A model generated the notes under the pieces. That model worked only from the letters and a program-made list of their open reading frames with translations, did no database searches and was not told the DNA's origin. Source: Lama guanicoe (lineage: Eukaryota). From it: 64,000 nt of DNA. The position numbers and the translations under genes are program-made. The stretch lies in contig MU053513.1 of assembly GCA_013239625.1 (NCBI GenBank), positions 2,778,927 through 2,842,926 on the forward strand, read 5' to 3'. This document shows positions 40,150 to 51,599 of the stretch, piece by piece (position 1 is the stretch's first letter; the number at the start of each line of letters is the position of its first letter).

Positions 40150-41570
40150 GATGGGTATAGAGAACAGAGAATTGATTGCCTGCTACTCTACTTCTCAGAT
40201 GACCACTATTGACAAGTTCACATCTTTTTAATTTCTTTTTTCTCATGAGCAAAAGTGTGAAAATTGGAGTCATCTTCTATGCACTGTTTTATATCTCACT
40301 TTTTTCACATAACTTTACTGTTGACATTTACTTGAGTAATACATGTTTTTCTACTTTGCTTTCATGCCCATTTAATATCAAAGTCCATGGTATGACTAGA
40401 ACGTGCTTTCTTAACCAATCTTTGTTATTGGGTATTTAGGTTTTTTCCAACAGGTCTTTTTCCGTGGATGCTTTTAGGTCTGATTCAAGTCTGGCACAGA
40501 TGTTTCCTTTTCTTTCTTTTTTTTTTTTTGGTAGGGGAGGTAATTAGGTTTTTATTTATTTAACGGAGATACTGGGGATTAAACCTAGGACCTTGCGGCA
40601 GGGATATTTTCACATTCCCTTTCTATCTCATGGTTCTTTGGGATAGAGCCCCTCCCCCAAGCCTATTTAACCCATCATATACAAGTTTTTCAGTTCATGG
40701 CCACAAGCTACACTGCTGCAATATGTTAAAAAAAAAAATGACTTCTGTCTAAATTATCCAATGAGATATTCTTACTCCAGGCACCATCATTTAGAACCCC
40801 AAAAAGAACAAGAATAGGAGGTTTCACTATCATGGAAAGATGTCTAACTCTTCTGTTTACCTATTTGGTTTCCCCTTTGCTTAAATTTCATCATTGAAAT
40901 GTAAATTTTCCAAATCCTTGACACTTTCAGGCCTCTAAGTCTTATGTTTGAACAACTACAGGTATCTTAGCAAATTTCCAATAAAAAAGTAAAACCTTTC
41001 TCATTAATATTAATCTTTACAGTTAAGCAGTTTTTAGATCCTAATTATTGTTAAATGCAAAGCAACACTATAAAACAAAAATGAAATTTAAAAGCTAAAT
41101 CTGAACACATTTTACCAAATTCCATTTCTTCATATGCATGCAATAATTTCATATCCTCATAAATGAGTTTTCACTAAGCCATATATCATAAAAGTTTACA
41201 TGTCACCAATAAGACTTCATGTATATGAATCCACGTAGATTTTTCAAAATTGAAAGAGTCTCAGTTGTTGAGTGCTTGAGTTATTTCTAACTGTTCACTA
41301 ATATAAAAAATTGTGCAGTGAACATCTTAGCTTTTTTATTCTTCTAAGTGATTTCTTCAGACTAAATTACCAGAAGTGTAAATTCAGTATCACACCATAC
41401 AGACACTTCAATGTATGACAAAATGCTTTTCAAAGCAATTATGTTGTTACCAACAGGATGTGAGTTCTGCAGTTTCCCCAACATTGTACCAGCAGTGACT
41501 GTTACACTTTTCAAAAGGAATTCTAATTGATGGATGTAAAGTGATAACTAGTCATGGTTTTTAACCTATG
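40150..41570 (-). mobile_element. Antisense L1ME-type fragments (approx. 40150-40450 and 41100-41570)
   Basis: ttaaccaatctttgttattgggtatttaggtttttttcc; tgcagtgaacatctt; taaattaccagaagtg. Confidence 0.6.
40508..40596 (-). mobile_element. 5'-truncated camelid tRNA-derived SINE (Vic-like)
   Basis: poly-T followed by ggtaggggaggtaattaggtttttatttattt...gatactggggattaaacctaggaccttg. Confidence 0.8.
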
Positions 41571-43079
41571 TGTTTCTAAGGGCTGCTCTCTCAAGAGCTA
41601 TGTGCAGGATTCTCACTTGGTGAGGAGGCAGTCAGAACAAACAGATTCATAAATAAAATGGGTCACTCCAGAGCAATTTTGGATCATTAAGTCATCTCTC
41701 CTCTTCCAAATAAAAGATGATCTAGGGAGTTGACACAAGTTTGTATCTCCTTATCTCAGAGTTGGTGTCATCATCACAATGATTTAACCCAACTATTTGA
41801 AACTGAAGGTCAGTTTTTCTGGAGACTAACAATATTCAACTTAGATTTATTTGATATTAGGGCTATTATAAACTATGACAGGGAGAAATGTTTGTTATGA
41901 CACTATTTATTTTTATATGAGTATCCTTTATACCAAGAGTCATAAGACATTTTACAGTGATACCTAAGCTAATGGTCCTTGTAGAATGCTGATTTTTCAA
42001 TGTTTGTTTAACTTGGGATGAAAAATTGGTTGTTTTATTTTCTGGCAGGTAACAGCTGACTTTCCAACAACTGCGTTAAAGAAAATAATCCCAGAGGTTC
42101 AGAAAGACCACAGACCCAGAACATCATGATTTACCCTCTCCTGGTGCATCACACAGAACTGGGGAAATGCGACACTGTGGTGAAGACAAAGGAGGAGAGA
42201 AAAAGAATAGGAAACAACAGCAGCCCTCATCAACAGGGAAAATCTGTCAACCAAGGAATATTTGTTCCCAAAAGAAGTGAAAAACACTCTCCTGCTGTCC
42301 CCAGTAAGCATGCAACTCCTCAGCTGCTTTCAGTGTATGTCTGATATAACATTTAAATGATAAAGTAAGACAATTTGAAGTTCACCATATCAAACACAGC
42401 AACGGCTCCCCAAGGAACAAGAAAGAAGAATCAATGGCTGTACTGCTGAATGCTTTAGGCCTGTAGTAGTATTTCCATAAATTAAATTTATAACTGGCTG
42501 GCTTGCTTTCTTTTGCTCTTTCATTGAAGTCAAAACATCATAACTCCCCATCGAGATGATACTGACAGTTTTCGGACAGACTGCTTGGCTTTCTCTTTTC
42601 TTTCAGCCTCAGTTCCTCATCTTAGTGCAGACACTCTGGGAAATGCTTGCTTTCAAGGAAATAAAGGGTAGGTATGGTTGTTCTAAAACCACTCAGACGT
42701 GACTCAGCTGGTCAGTGGTAAAGTCTTTGATCCTCCAAGGACACAAGTTCAAAATCTGGAATCAGGAGAAAGTCTCAAAGGGTTGTAGGGCAGATGACTC
42801 AAAATCTAAAATGCAGGCAATTCAGTGTTTCTTATTCACCTGAGGGTTTCCAAGGTCCTTTGCTAATATATAATTCATTTATTCCTCCTCCTTCTCCCTC
42901 AAATTCCATGCTCTCTCCTCTTTTACCACTTGAAGGGAGGAAATAGATCCCAATCAGATTTTTTTTCAATTTATAGAATGCCTGCATTTTAAAAAAATGT
43001 CTGAAACTTTGATTAGATCAAACACGAAGGCAGATGAGCTATCTGGCAAAGTTGATGGTGAAAACAAAGAGGCTTTGGG

Positions 43080-43340
43080 GGATGGAATGGTGGAAAGAAT
43101 GCTTCTGAGTTACATGAGGCTGAGTTCAAATCTTAGTTCTGAAGTTAACTGTGCAATCCTGGACAAGTCACTTACCCTCTTTAACTCCCAGCTTCCCCAT
43201 CTATAAAATGTAATTTAGAGCTACCTCATAGGTTAACTGTAATGACTAAACAGGACAATAATATAAAGTTGCTAACATGATGCCTGTCTGGTACAATGCC
43301 TGGCACACAACAGGCAATGAGTAAATGGCCGCTGGTTCTG
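43080..43340 (+). mobile_element. MIR SINE
   Basis: ctggacaagtcacttaccctctttaactcccagcttccccatctataaaatg. Confidence 0.85.
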
Positions 43341-43749
43341 CTATTGCTTTTGCCAGGGAATTAAATTATCACCCCATCCTTTTTCATTCTTCCCTGAGAG
43401 CACATGCCATCACCCAACTAGGACTCACAAACTGGGGGTTGGTGGCAAATTATTTAGCACAGTGATCAGTTCTCTCACTCTTCCACAAGGCTCTTCCTCC
43501 CAGGATACTTCCCACAAAGCCTAGTGAACCAGGTGATTAACAATAAAGGCTATGACTGCTTCATGGGTCTTGATCAACATCACCCACAATCACAAATATT
43601 TATGGAGTTTTTCAAGCATCTGTTGGATAGAAATAAAATATATTTGTAGGAACCAGAGGTTGTGGTTTTAAATATCTTTCCATATTGATTAATAAGACAG
43701 CTTCCTGGAAACATATAAAAATAAATAAGTCTTTTGAAATTGTTTCAAC

Positions 43750-44270
43750 TGCGTCTGTCAGAAAATTAGCTGAGGCCTAAGTCAGGGGAACTGGAAGGGC
43801 TTAAAGGAAAGCATTAGTGGGAAAGTGGTGCTCAGCCAAGACAAGCGACGCTGCAGGGGTGATTTAGAAAGATGCGGGCAGGGTGGAGAAGCCACAGCAA
43901 CATGCTGTGCCCCAGGCCTGGTAGCAGTGAGGTGCTGGAGGAACAGGAGCAGGGGGAGTGGTCCCTGGAACACAGACACAGAAACAATTGTGTAATGAGA
44001 GGGCCTGAAGGGAGCTACGATTCTCGGTACAGCAGCAGAGCCTGCCGGGCATGATCTTGCAAAGAGGGAGCGGAGATACTAAATACTCCTACCTCTCTCT
44101 CCTTCCTCCCCCTGACCTCCTGCTGGTGCAGTCACTGGCTAAACCGCACCAGAGAGCAGACAGCAAGAGAGCCCTGGGCTGCAATCCATGTGGGCCAACC
44201 TCCCAGGGCAGAGAGCAAGGTGAAGGTCATAGAATGGGCCTGGAAGGGCAAATGGAGGAACTTCAGTCTA
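43750..44270 (-). mobile_element. ERVL LTR (LTR33/LTR41-like)
   Basis: Reverse complement of ...ccaacctcccagggcagagagc...ctggaagggcaaatggagga resembles the LTR33-type 5' end. Confidence 0.6.
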
Positions 44271-45039
44271 CCCATAGACCCAGACAAGATGAAACCAAGT
44301 CTTAAAGTGGGAAAGCTCCTAGACCAGATGATTCTTTGCAGCAGGGATTGTATCTTGCCACTTTGTAACCCTATTGTCCAACAATCACTTTGCTCAGAAT
44401 AAGCACTCAACAAATGTTTGTTTTTGGAAGAGCAGTATTGCTTGGGTATTCACTTCAGTATTGGATTTTTTTCAAGAAGAACATTTTCAATTTGCTACTA
44501 AACCTATCAAAAGCTTGTCTCTGCAGAGTCATAGAGAAATATGAAAATAGACAAAGTGACAAAAGTTTGGCATGTGAAGTCAAAACTGTCTTATCTCCAA
44601 TGAGCCGTGCAAGGCAACTCTGCACATGAATGCTTTCTACAGCAAAGTCTGGCTCCCTCAGAGAAAGCTGAAGTTTAAATCCTATATTAATGCTATTGAC
44701 TGATATAAATGGAGCCCCACAATTTACCTAAAGCAGCAGTGCTTTCAGGTTAACGTTTGGAGGAGCACATTTAAGGGGTACAAAATGAAGTAATTCTGTG
44801 AATCTCAAAGTTAAGCTTCCACTATTAAATCTTTTTAAACTTTCAGTTTTTCCTATTAAAATTCTCCATGGTACTTTTATTTTTGATCAGACAATGTTAA
44901 AATAATTGTACTGGGATTAAACTTCCTAAGCCTTGGCCATAATTTTCACAAAAGCTGACTAAATATAAAACTTTAGGAACTGTTTAAGCAGGACAAGTGA
45001 TGTTTGGTCACAAGACACACATTGGGATGTCATTAAGGA

Positions 45040-45168
45040 CAGTGTATTTCAAACAGTAAGCAATAAACTTCACATAGCAATCTAGTATACACTCAGATGT
45101 ATGCTGGGTCACAGTATAAAATGTTTCTTTTAGTGTAGATGGTGGTCAAACATTTTGAAATACAATTT
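45040..45168. mobile_element. hAT-Charlie MITE relic (MER119-like)
   Basis: cagtgtatttcaaa...gggtcacagtataaaatgtttc...ttttgaaatacaat with degenerate terminal inverted repeats. Confidence 0.5.
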
Positions 45169-45939
45169 CCTAAATGTCAATGTGGCATTTGCTCTGCTTC
45201 AAACTTGCCTTAATATATGATATTTAATCAGTGCTACTGATACATATGAACCTTCTATTTATCCATCCATATGAAACAAAACAGTGTCTTTCTATGTCCC
45301 ATGCATGCTGATAAATTGCAGGCTCTTCTGATCTATTTATTTCTTTAAAAAAATGCCGACTGCTACCCACTAAATTAACTTCAAGACCCACTAATGAGCA
45401 GAGACCTACAATTTTAAAAGGTTCAATTTGGCTTAGCTTACATATAAGTGCCAACTGTGAAAAATAAGAAAGTACAAGGCAACTTAAAAAAGAAATAATG
45501 GGGACTGAAGAAACCATAGAGAAAAACAACAGAATCATTTATCCAGGGACCTATGGAGACGGCTGGGCCCATTTTATATTAAGAGTTGGGAGACAGAACA
45601 GGAAATAACATATTAATTCACTCACATACACATTTTTTCCCATTAATTCAACGATTCATTCCACAGACTTTGAGTTCCTGCTCTGTGTTGTGTCCTGAAT
45701 ACAAAGAGACAGAAGACACAGCACGACACTAGATGTTCACAGTCTGCGAAGGTGGAGACAAGGGTGGAGATAATTCCTCTGTGAAGGACAACAGCTGCTT
45801 TAGATGTATGATATGCCAGGGAAACAGAAGACCGTGTGGCCAGCATGACTGGGAAAGCCAGGTACACCGCCCACAAGAGCTCATGCTAAGATATGCGAGT
45901 CAAGACCTGCCCAGCTTGCCTTTTCAGGGCTTCAGTCAG

Positions 45940-46150
45940 GGTAACTGAGGTCTCAATCCTTTTTCTGCCTTCTACCACCTCAGTGACCTTGAACAACCTT
46001 CTGAGCTTCAGTCTCTCCATCTGTGAAATGAAAAGGTAATGATACCCAGCTAGTGGAGCTGTGATGAGGATGAAGCAGGATGATGTACAGTAAGGAGCTC
46101 AGCACAGCACCAGGAACCCAGCACATGCTCACTGCTGTTATCACTATCAC
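45940..46150 (+). mobile_element. MIR SINE
   Basis: gtgaccttgaacaaccttctgagcttcagtctctccatctgtgaaatg. Confidence 0.85.
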
Positions 46151-47082
46151 TGTCAACAGCAAGTTTGTCATTCTGCTTTCTCCGTCAAAGCTGGTGGCAA
46201 GAGCTCCCTTGCAAAATGGTATCCTGAATGACTGAACTTTTTGAGGCTGGGTCCCCCTGAACTTGTACAAACATGGCAGATACCCATGCTGAGACAGAGG
46301 GCAAGGCCATAAGTCTTTAGAGAAGAAGGATGTGGGATCAAGGCTCTGATACGAAATATCACTGGTCTGGAGTATCTTTTCCTGAAGTTTCAATACTGTT
46401 ATCTGGAGTTTTTAACTGTGTGATTTTAAATATTTTGATGCTTTTGAGGCTTAAGGGCACAGGGTATAGTTACTTAGAGATGACATGTAAAATAAGGAGT
46501 GAAGAGTTATCAAAATGCAAAGTCTGCCATGGGCAACTACAAGGGGAGAAAAAATATAAACCACAGCTCATAAATTGTGCCAAGATTCAAACTGATAGCC
46601 AATCGTTGATCACTACGTGTTTCGCATCGTTAGAGGGGTCTGTGGAGAACGTGAACTACCAGCAGATGTGGAGTATCATGAGGAACAATTTTATAGGTGA
46701 GGAGAAAAAAGAAGAGTCAGATTAAATAAGACAATGACCAATTTTGACTGCTAAGATTCAATGTCCACTTTCAGGTTTCCTAAGTTACATATTTTTGTGC
46801 TATGATCTTACTTCAATAGATATAAGATGTTCAAATATAATGATCACAAACATTACTCCTACTCACCTGACTACAGAAGCCTAACCCACCCATGATAAAA
46901 TCTGCTATCACTCTTTCTACACATTTACCCAAAATGCTTAGAGGAAATCAGAAATTTTGAGTCCCTGACCTAGTCACTGGATCTAAAAGTAATTCAGCCC
47001 CATGATCAGACTAAATGTTTCCATTGAGAATGATTCTGACAACATGAAGAAGAAAAAGAAGTGCTCTTTAAACACTCCATCT

Positions 47083-47433
47083 TGATTTTCCATCAAGATG
47101 GTGGAGTAGTAAGACCACGAGCTCGCCTGCTCTCATGATTACAACAAAACCACAACTGACTGCTAAACAACCATTGGGAAAAAAAAGACTAGAGCTTAGC
47201 AAAAAAGATCATCTTCAACTGGAAACATAAAGAGGGAACCACAATGGAATGATAAACAACATATTTATACTGTATAGCACAGGGAACTATATTCAATATC
47301 TTGTAGTAACCTATAATGAAAAAGAATATGAAAAAAAGTATGTACATGTATGACTGAAACATTATGCTGTACACCAGAAATTGACACAACATTGCAAACT
47401 GACTATACTTCAATAAAAAAAGAATGAAAAAAA
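47083..47433 (+). mobile_element. Internally deleted (probably spliced) L1: ~170 bp 5'UTR start fused to ~180 bp 3' end + poly-A, with TSD
   Basis: Starts caagatggtggagtag..gagctc (L1 5' end). Junction at 47251/47252. Ends cttcaataaaaaaa. TSD aaa(c/g)actccatct at 47070-47082 and 47434-47446. Confidence 0.85.
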
Positions 47434-47875
47434 AAAGACTCCATCTCTATGTATTAAATAAAGTAAATGAAAGATAAGAGGATGCTGGTTTGGGTTATGA
47501 CCTTGTTACTGCTTACAGCAATTTCTAATGCAAATAAATAAGAATGAAGCCAGGCCCATTTAACAATTGTCTTTGAAGGCAATGCTGACTCCTGGAAACC
47601 CACAGTGCTGAAACTTCAGATGAGATAGTGGGGCTTGGCTCTGCAGTACATCATTTATTTGCTGGAATCAAAGGTTGCCTTGTTTCTTGACAGATGGACC
47701 CAGGGGACCAATGATCAAAGGGAAAGAAATGAGAAAGGGACTTTTTAGTGAATAGCAGACAAAGAACTTAGCAACATTTATCCTTGAGACTTTTCCAAGT
47801 TGTGTGATATCTAATACAATGACCGACCAGTAGCTTCCATTTTGTCTCAGGTTTTATGCTTAAAACATCATGGCA

Positions 47876-48734
47876 CAAAGGCAACTACATTTAAAAAATG
47901 GGCAAAAGGTTTGACATGTCTCCAAAGAAGATATGTAAATGGCACATGAAAACATGCTCAATCTCATTAGCCATTATGAAAATGCAAACCAAAACCACAA
48001 CGAGATGCCAACTCACATGGATTATGACAGTTATTAAAAAAGAAGAAGAAAAATAACAAGTGTTGACAAGGATATGGAGAAATTGGAACCCTCATACATT
48101 GCTAGTAGAAATGTAAAATAGTGCAGTCACTGTATAAAACAGTTTGGCAGTTCCTCCATAATTTAAACATAGAATCATCATAAGGCACAGCAATCACACT
48201 CCTAAGTATATACCTAAAAGAACTGGAGACTGGTACTCAAACAAAACCTGTACAAGAATATTCAGAGCAGCACTATTCAAAATAGACAAAAGAAGGAAAT
48301 AATTCAAATGCCCATCAATTGATGAATGGATAAATAAAATGTGGTACATCTATTAAAAGGAATATTAGTTAGCCATTAAAAGGAATAAAGTACTGATAAA
48401 TGCTAAAACATAAACGAACTTTGAACATATCATGCTAAGTGAAAGAAGCCAAACACAAAAGACCACATATTGTATGATTCCATTTATATGAAATATTCAA
48501 AATAAGCCAATTCATAGACAGAAAGCAGATTAATGAGTGAATGTAGGGTCTGGAGAAAAGATAATAAGGAGTAACTGCTTAAGTGGTACGGCTCTTCCTT
48601 GTGTGTGATGAAAATGGTCTGACACTAGATAGTAGTGATGGTTACACATTCTAAATGTACTCAACACCACTGAATTATATGCCTTAAAATGATTAAAATG
48701 GGAACTTTTATATTATTTGTATTTTAACACAGAC
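47876..48734 (+). mobile_element. L1MB-type 3' end
   Basis: aaaaaatgggcaaaagg...ggaaccctcatacattgct...gctaagtgaaagaagcca. Flanking repeat aca(t/c)catggca at 47865 and 48735. Confidence 0.9.
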
Positions 48735-48839
48735 ACACCATGGCAGCTCCAGAAGTTCTATATAGAGTTGAGGGAAGTGCTTAAGGGCAGAAACATGTTT
48801 AAAAGGATCTAGAGGCTTTGCATCAAATTGTGTTTGCTA

Positions 48840-49960
48840 TAAGTAAACAAAGGGGACCTAATCAAACTTAAAATGCTTTTGCACAGTAAAGGAAACCGTC
48901 AACAAAATGAAAAGACAACCTACAGAATGGGAGAAAATACTGCAAGTGATGTGACTGATGAGGGCTTAATTTCCAAAATATACAAACAGCTCAAACAACT
49001 CAATATAAAATAAAGGCAATTCAATCAAAAAAATGCACAGAAGACCTAAACAGACATTTCTCCAAAAAAGACATACAGATGACCATCAGGTGTATGAAAA
49101 GATGCTAATTATTAGAGAAATGCAAATCAAAACCACAATGAGGTATCATCTCACACCAGTCAGAATGGCCATCATTAAAAAGTCTACAAATAACAAATGC
49201 TGGAGAGGGTGTGGAGAAAAGTGAACCCTCCTACACTGTTGGTGGGAATGTAAATTGGTGCAGCCACTTTGGAAAAAATTATGGAGCTTTCTCAAAAAAC
49301 TAAAAATAGAGCTACCATATGATCCAGCATATATCCAGAAAAGATGAAAACTCTGATTTGAAAAGATACATGTACCCCAGTGTTCATAGCACCACTATTT
49401 ACAATATATAAGACGTGGAAACAACCCAAAAGCCTATCAACAGAGGACTGGTTTAAGAAGACTGGTTTATGGAAGACATGTATATATACAATGGAATACT
49501 ACTTAGCCATAAAAAAGAATGAAATATTGCCATTTGTAGCAAAATGGATAGACCCAGAGAACATCATACTAAATGAAATAAGCCAGACACAGAAAGAAAA
49601 ATATTATACAATATCACTTATATGTGGAGTCTAAAAATAATACAAATGAATCTATATACAAAAAAGAAAAAATAGACTCACTGACATAGAAAACAAATTT
49701 ATGCTCACCAAAGGGGAAGGGGGTGGAATTAGGGGTATGGAATTAACAGATACTAACTACTATCCATAAAATAGATAAGTAACAAAGATTTACTGTATAA
49801 CCCAGGGAATAATATTCATCTTGTAATAACCCATAATGGAAAAAAATCTGAAAAATATATACATATATATATAAAACTGAATCACTTTGCTGTAACCTGA
49901 AACTAACAAAATATTGTAAATGAACTAAATTTCAATAAAAACAAAACCAAAAATAAATAA
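48840..49960 (+). mobile_element. Younger artiodactyl L1, 5'-truncated: ORF2 C-terminus + 3'UTR
   Basis: Frameshifted ORF2 peptides [34 protein letters not shown] and TMEYYLAIKKNEILPF..., then 3'UTR and A-rich tail. Confidence 0.95.
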
Positions 49961-50497
49961 CTGTCTTTCTAAGCATGAACATGGTTTTCACTTAGATTGG
50001 ACATTTACTTGGGATGGCTAGAAGTAAGAGATTGATGGAGATTAAGGAAGGGAAAAATTTATGGGAACTATCCCACAGCACTGAAAATGTTAAAACACCT
50101 TATAGAAGTAGCCAATCTTTCCATTTTAAAATAATCAGTATGGGATGCTATTCCTTGTAGTGGATGTACAAAAAAATAAAACAGACTGGGTGCATTCAAC
50201 CAAGTTCACATTTTGTTGTCTGTATTTATTTAAATGAGCATAGCTCATAATTTCTGCTTTCAGTGTCACCACTTTTCTTCCCTGAATTATGGAAACATTG
50301 CTAATTTTCTTCTTTGCTCCCCTGGCAATTTTAATTTTTTTGTATAGCGACAGGGACCAAGCATATCTACATACTTATAATAAGTTGCTCCCCCCAGTAG
50401 CATACAACCATTTCCATTCCATCCCCATATATTTCTCTCTATTAGACAGCAATGACTTATTGTCCAAAGACACTATTTTAATTTGTCAGACTATCTT

Positions 50498-50899
50498 TTT
50501 TTTCATTGTCTCATTTCTTTTTTGTTTTAACATTTTTTATTGATTTATAATCATTTTACAATGTTGTGTCAAATTCCAGTGTTCAGCATAATTTTTCAGT
50601 AATTCATGGACATATACACACTCATTGTCACATTTTTTTCTCTGTGAGTTATCATAATATTTTGTGTATATTTCCCTGTGCTATACAGTGTAATCTTGTT
50701 TATCTATTCTAAAATTTTGAAATCCCAGTCTATCCCTTCCCACCCTCCACCCCCCTGGTAACCACAAGTCTGTATTCTCTGTCTGTGAGTCTATTTCTGT
50801 CCTGTATTTATGCTTTGTTTTTGTTTGTTTGTTTGTTTTTGTTTTTGTTTTTTAGATTCCACATATGAGCAATCTCATATGGTATTTTTCTTTCTCTTT
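50498..50899 (-). mobile_element. Young camelid-type L1 3' end with 10-bp TSD
   Basis: aacattttttattgatttataatcattttacaatgttgtgtcaaattccagtg. TSD agactatctt at 50488-50497 and 50900-50909. Internal (TTTG)n. Confidence 0.9.
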
Positions 50900-51399
50900 A
50901 GACTATCTTGAATCGAAGTTTAAAAACAAGGAAAGGGAAGGGACCAAATTTCTCAAAACTGATAGCTTAGAAGTTGTTTCTGTATAACTTAAGCAGAGGT
51001 ATGCTCACTCCTAAGGATATTCACTGACATGCTGGGAGTATATAAATCCCAGAAATAATACAGTACATCTTCCTGAATTGTCTATTTCTCTACATGATAA
51101 GGGATCTAAGAACATTACTTTTATGTTAAAACAGATACATTATGGAGCAAGATGCAAGATCCAGGAGTATTTTTAAGATTATACAAGACTTAATAGAAAT
51201 TTCTCATTGGCTTCCAGACATTGAAGGGACAAGTTCATGCTCCTCTATCTTCAGGAATATGCAAAACACTTTGGAAAGTGCAGCACACCATACAAATCTG
51301 CAGGAAAGTAGAACTGGGCATGCTGATGGAAAAGTATCCCTTAAGGAGAAGTCACAGTCTCACTGCAGAAGCGTAGTGTGCTTTCAAGTTAGTTCACAA

Positions 51400-51550
51400 A
51401 GTGCTTTTACATATACAGTTCATCCAATCTTCACAACGCCCTTGTGAGGCTGGCATTTTATAGAGAAGGGTAAGGAAGCTCTGGGAGTTTAAGCGACCTT
51501 CATTTATAGGGATAGTAACAGTCAGACTAAGAATCCAAGGCACCCTAAAA
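51400..51550 (-). mobile_element. MIR SINE
   Basis: aatcttcacaacgcccttgtgaggctggcattttatagag. Confidence 0.7.
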
Positions 51551-51599
51551 GACAAAGCAAAATGCTGGGCTGAAAGAGGGATGGAGTATTGGTTCAAAG

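Noticed and set aside
42030..42344. Acceptor-like tttattttctggcag followed by a 72-aa ORF
   Set aside because: The frame read directly from the acceptor closes early, the peptide is unrecognised and no matching donor is evident.
46860..46955. Minus-strand pseudo-exon with a strong cag|gtgagt donor
   Set aside because: The frames I translated contain stops, and isolated splice motifs are common by chance.
49033..49634. ORFs with clear L1 ORF2 C-terminal similarity
   Set aside because: Frameshifted, 5'-truncated retrotransposon remnant, not a gene.
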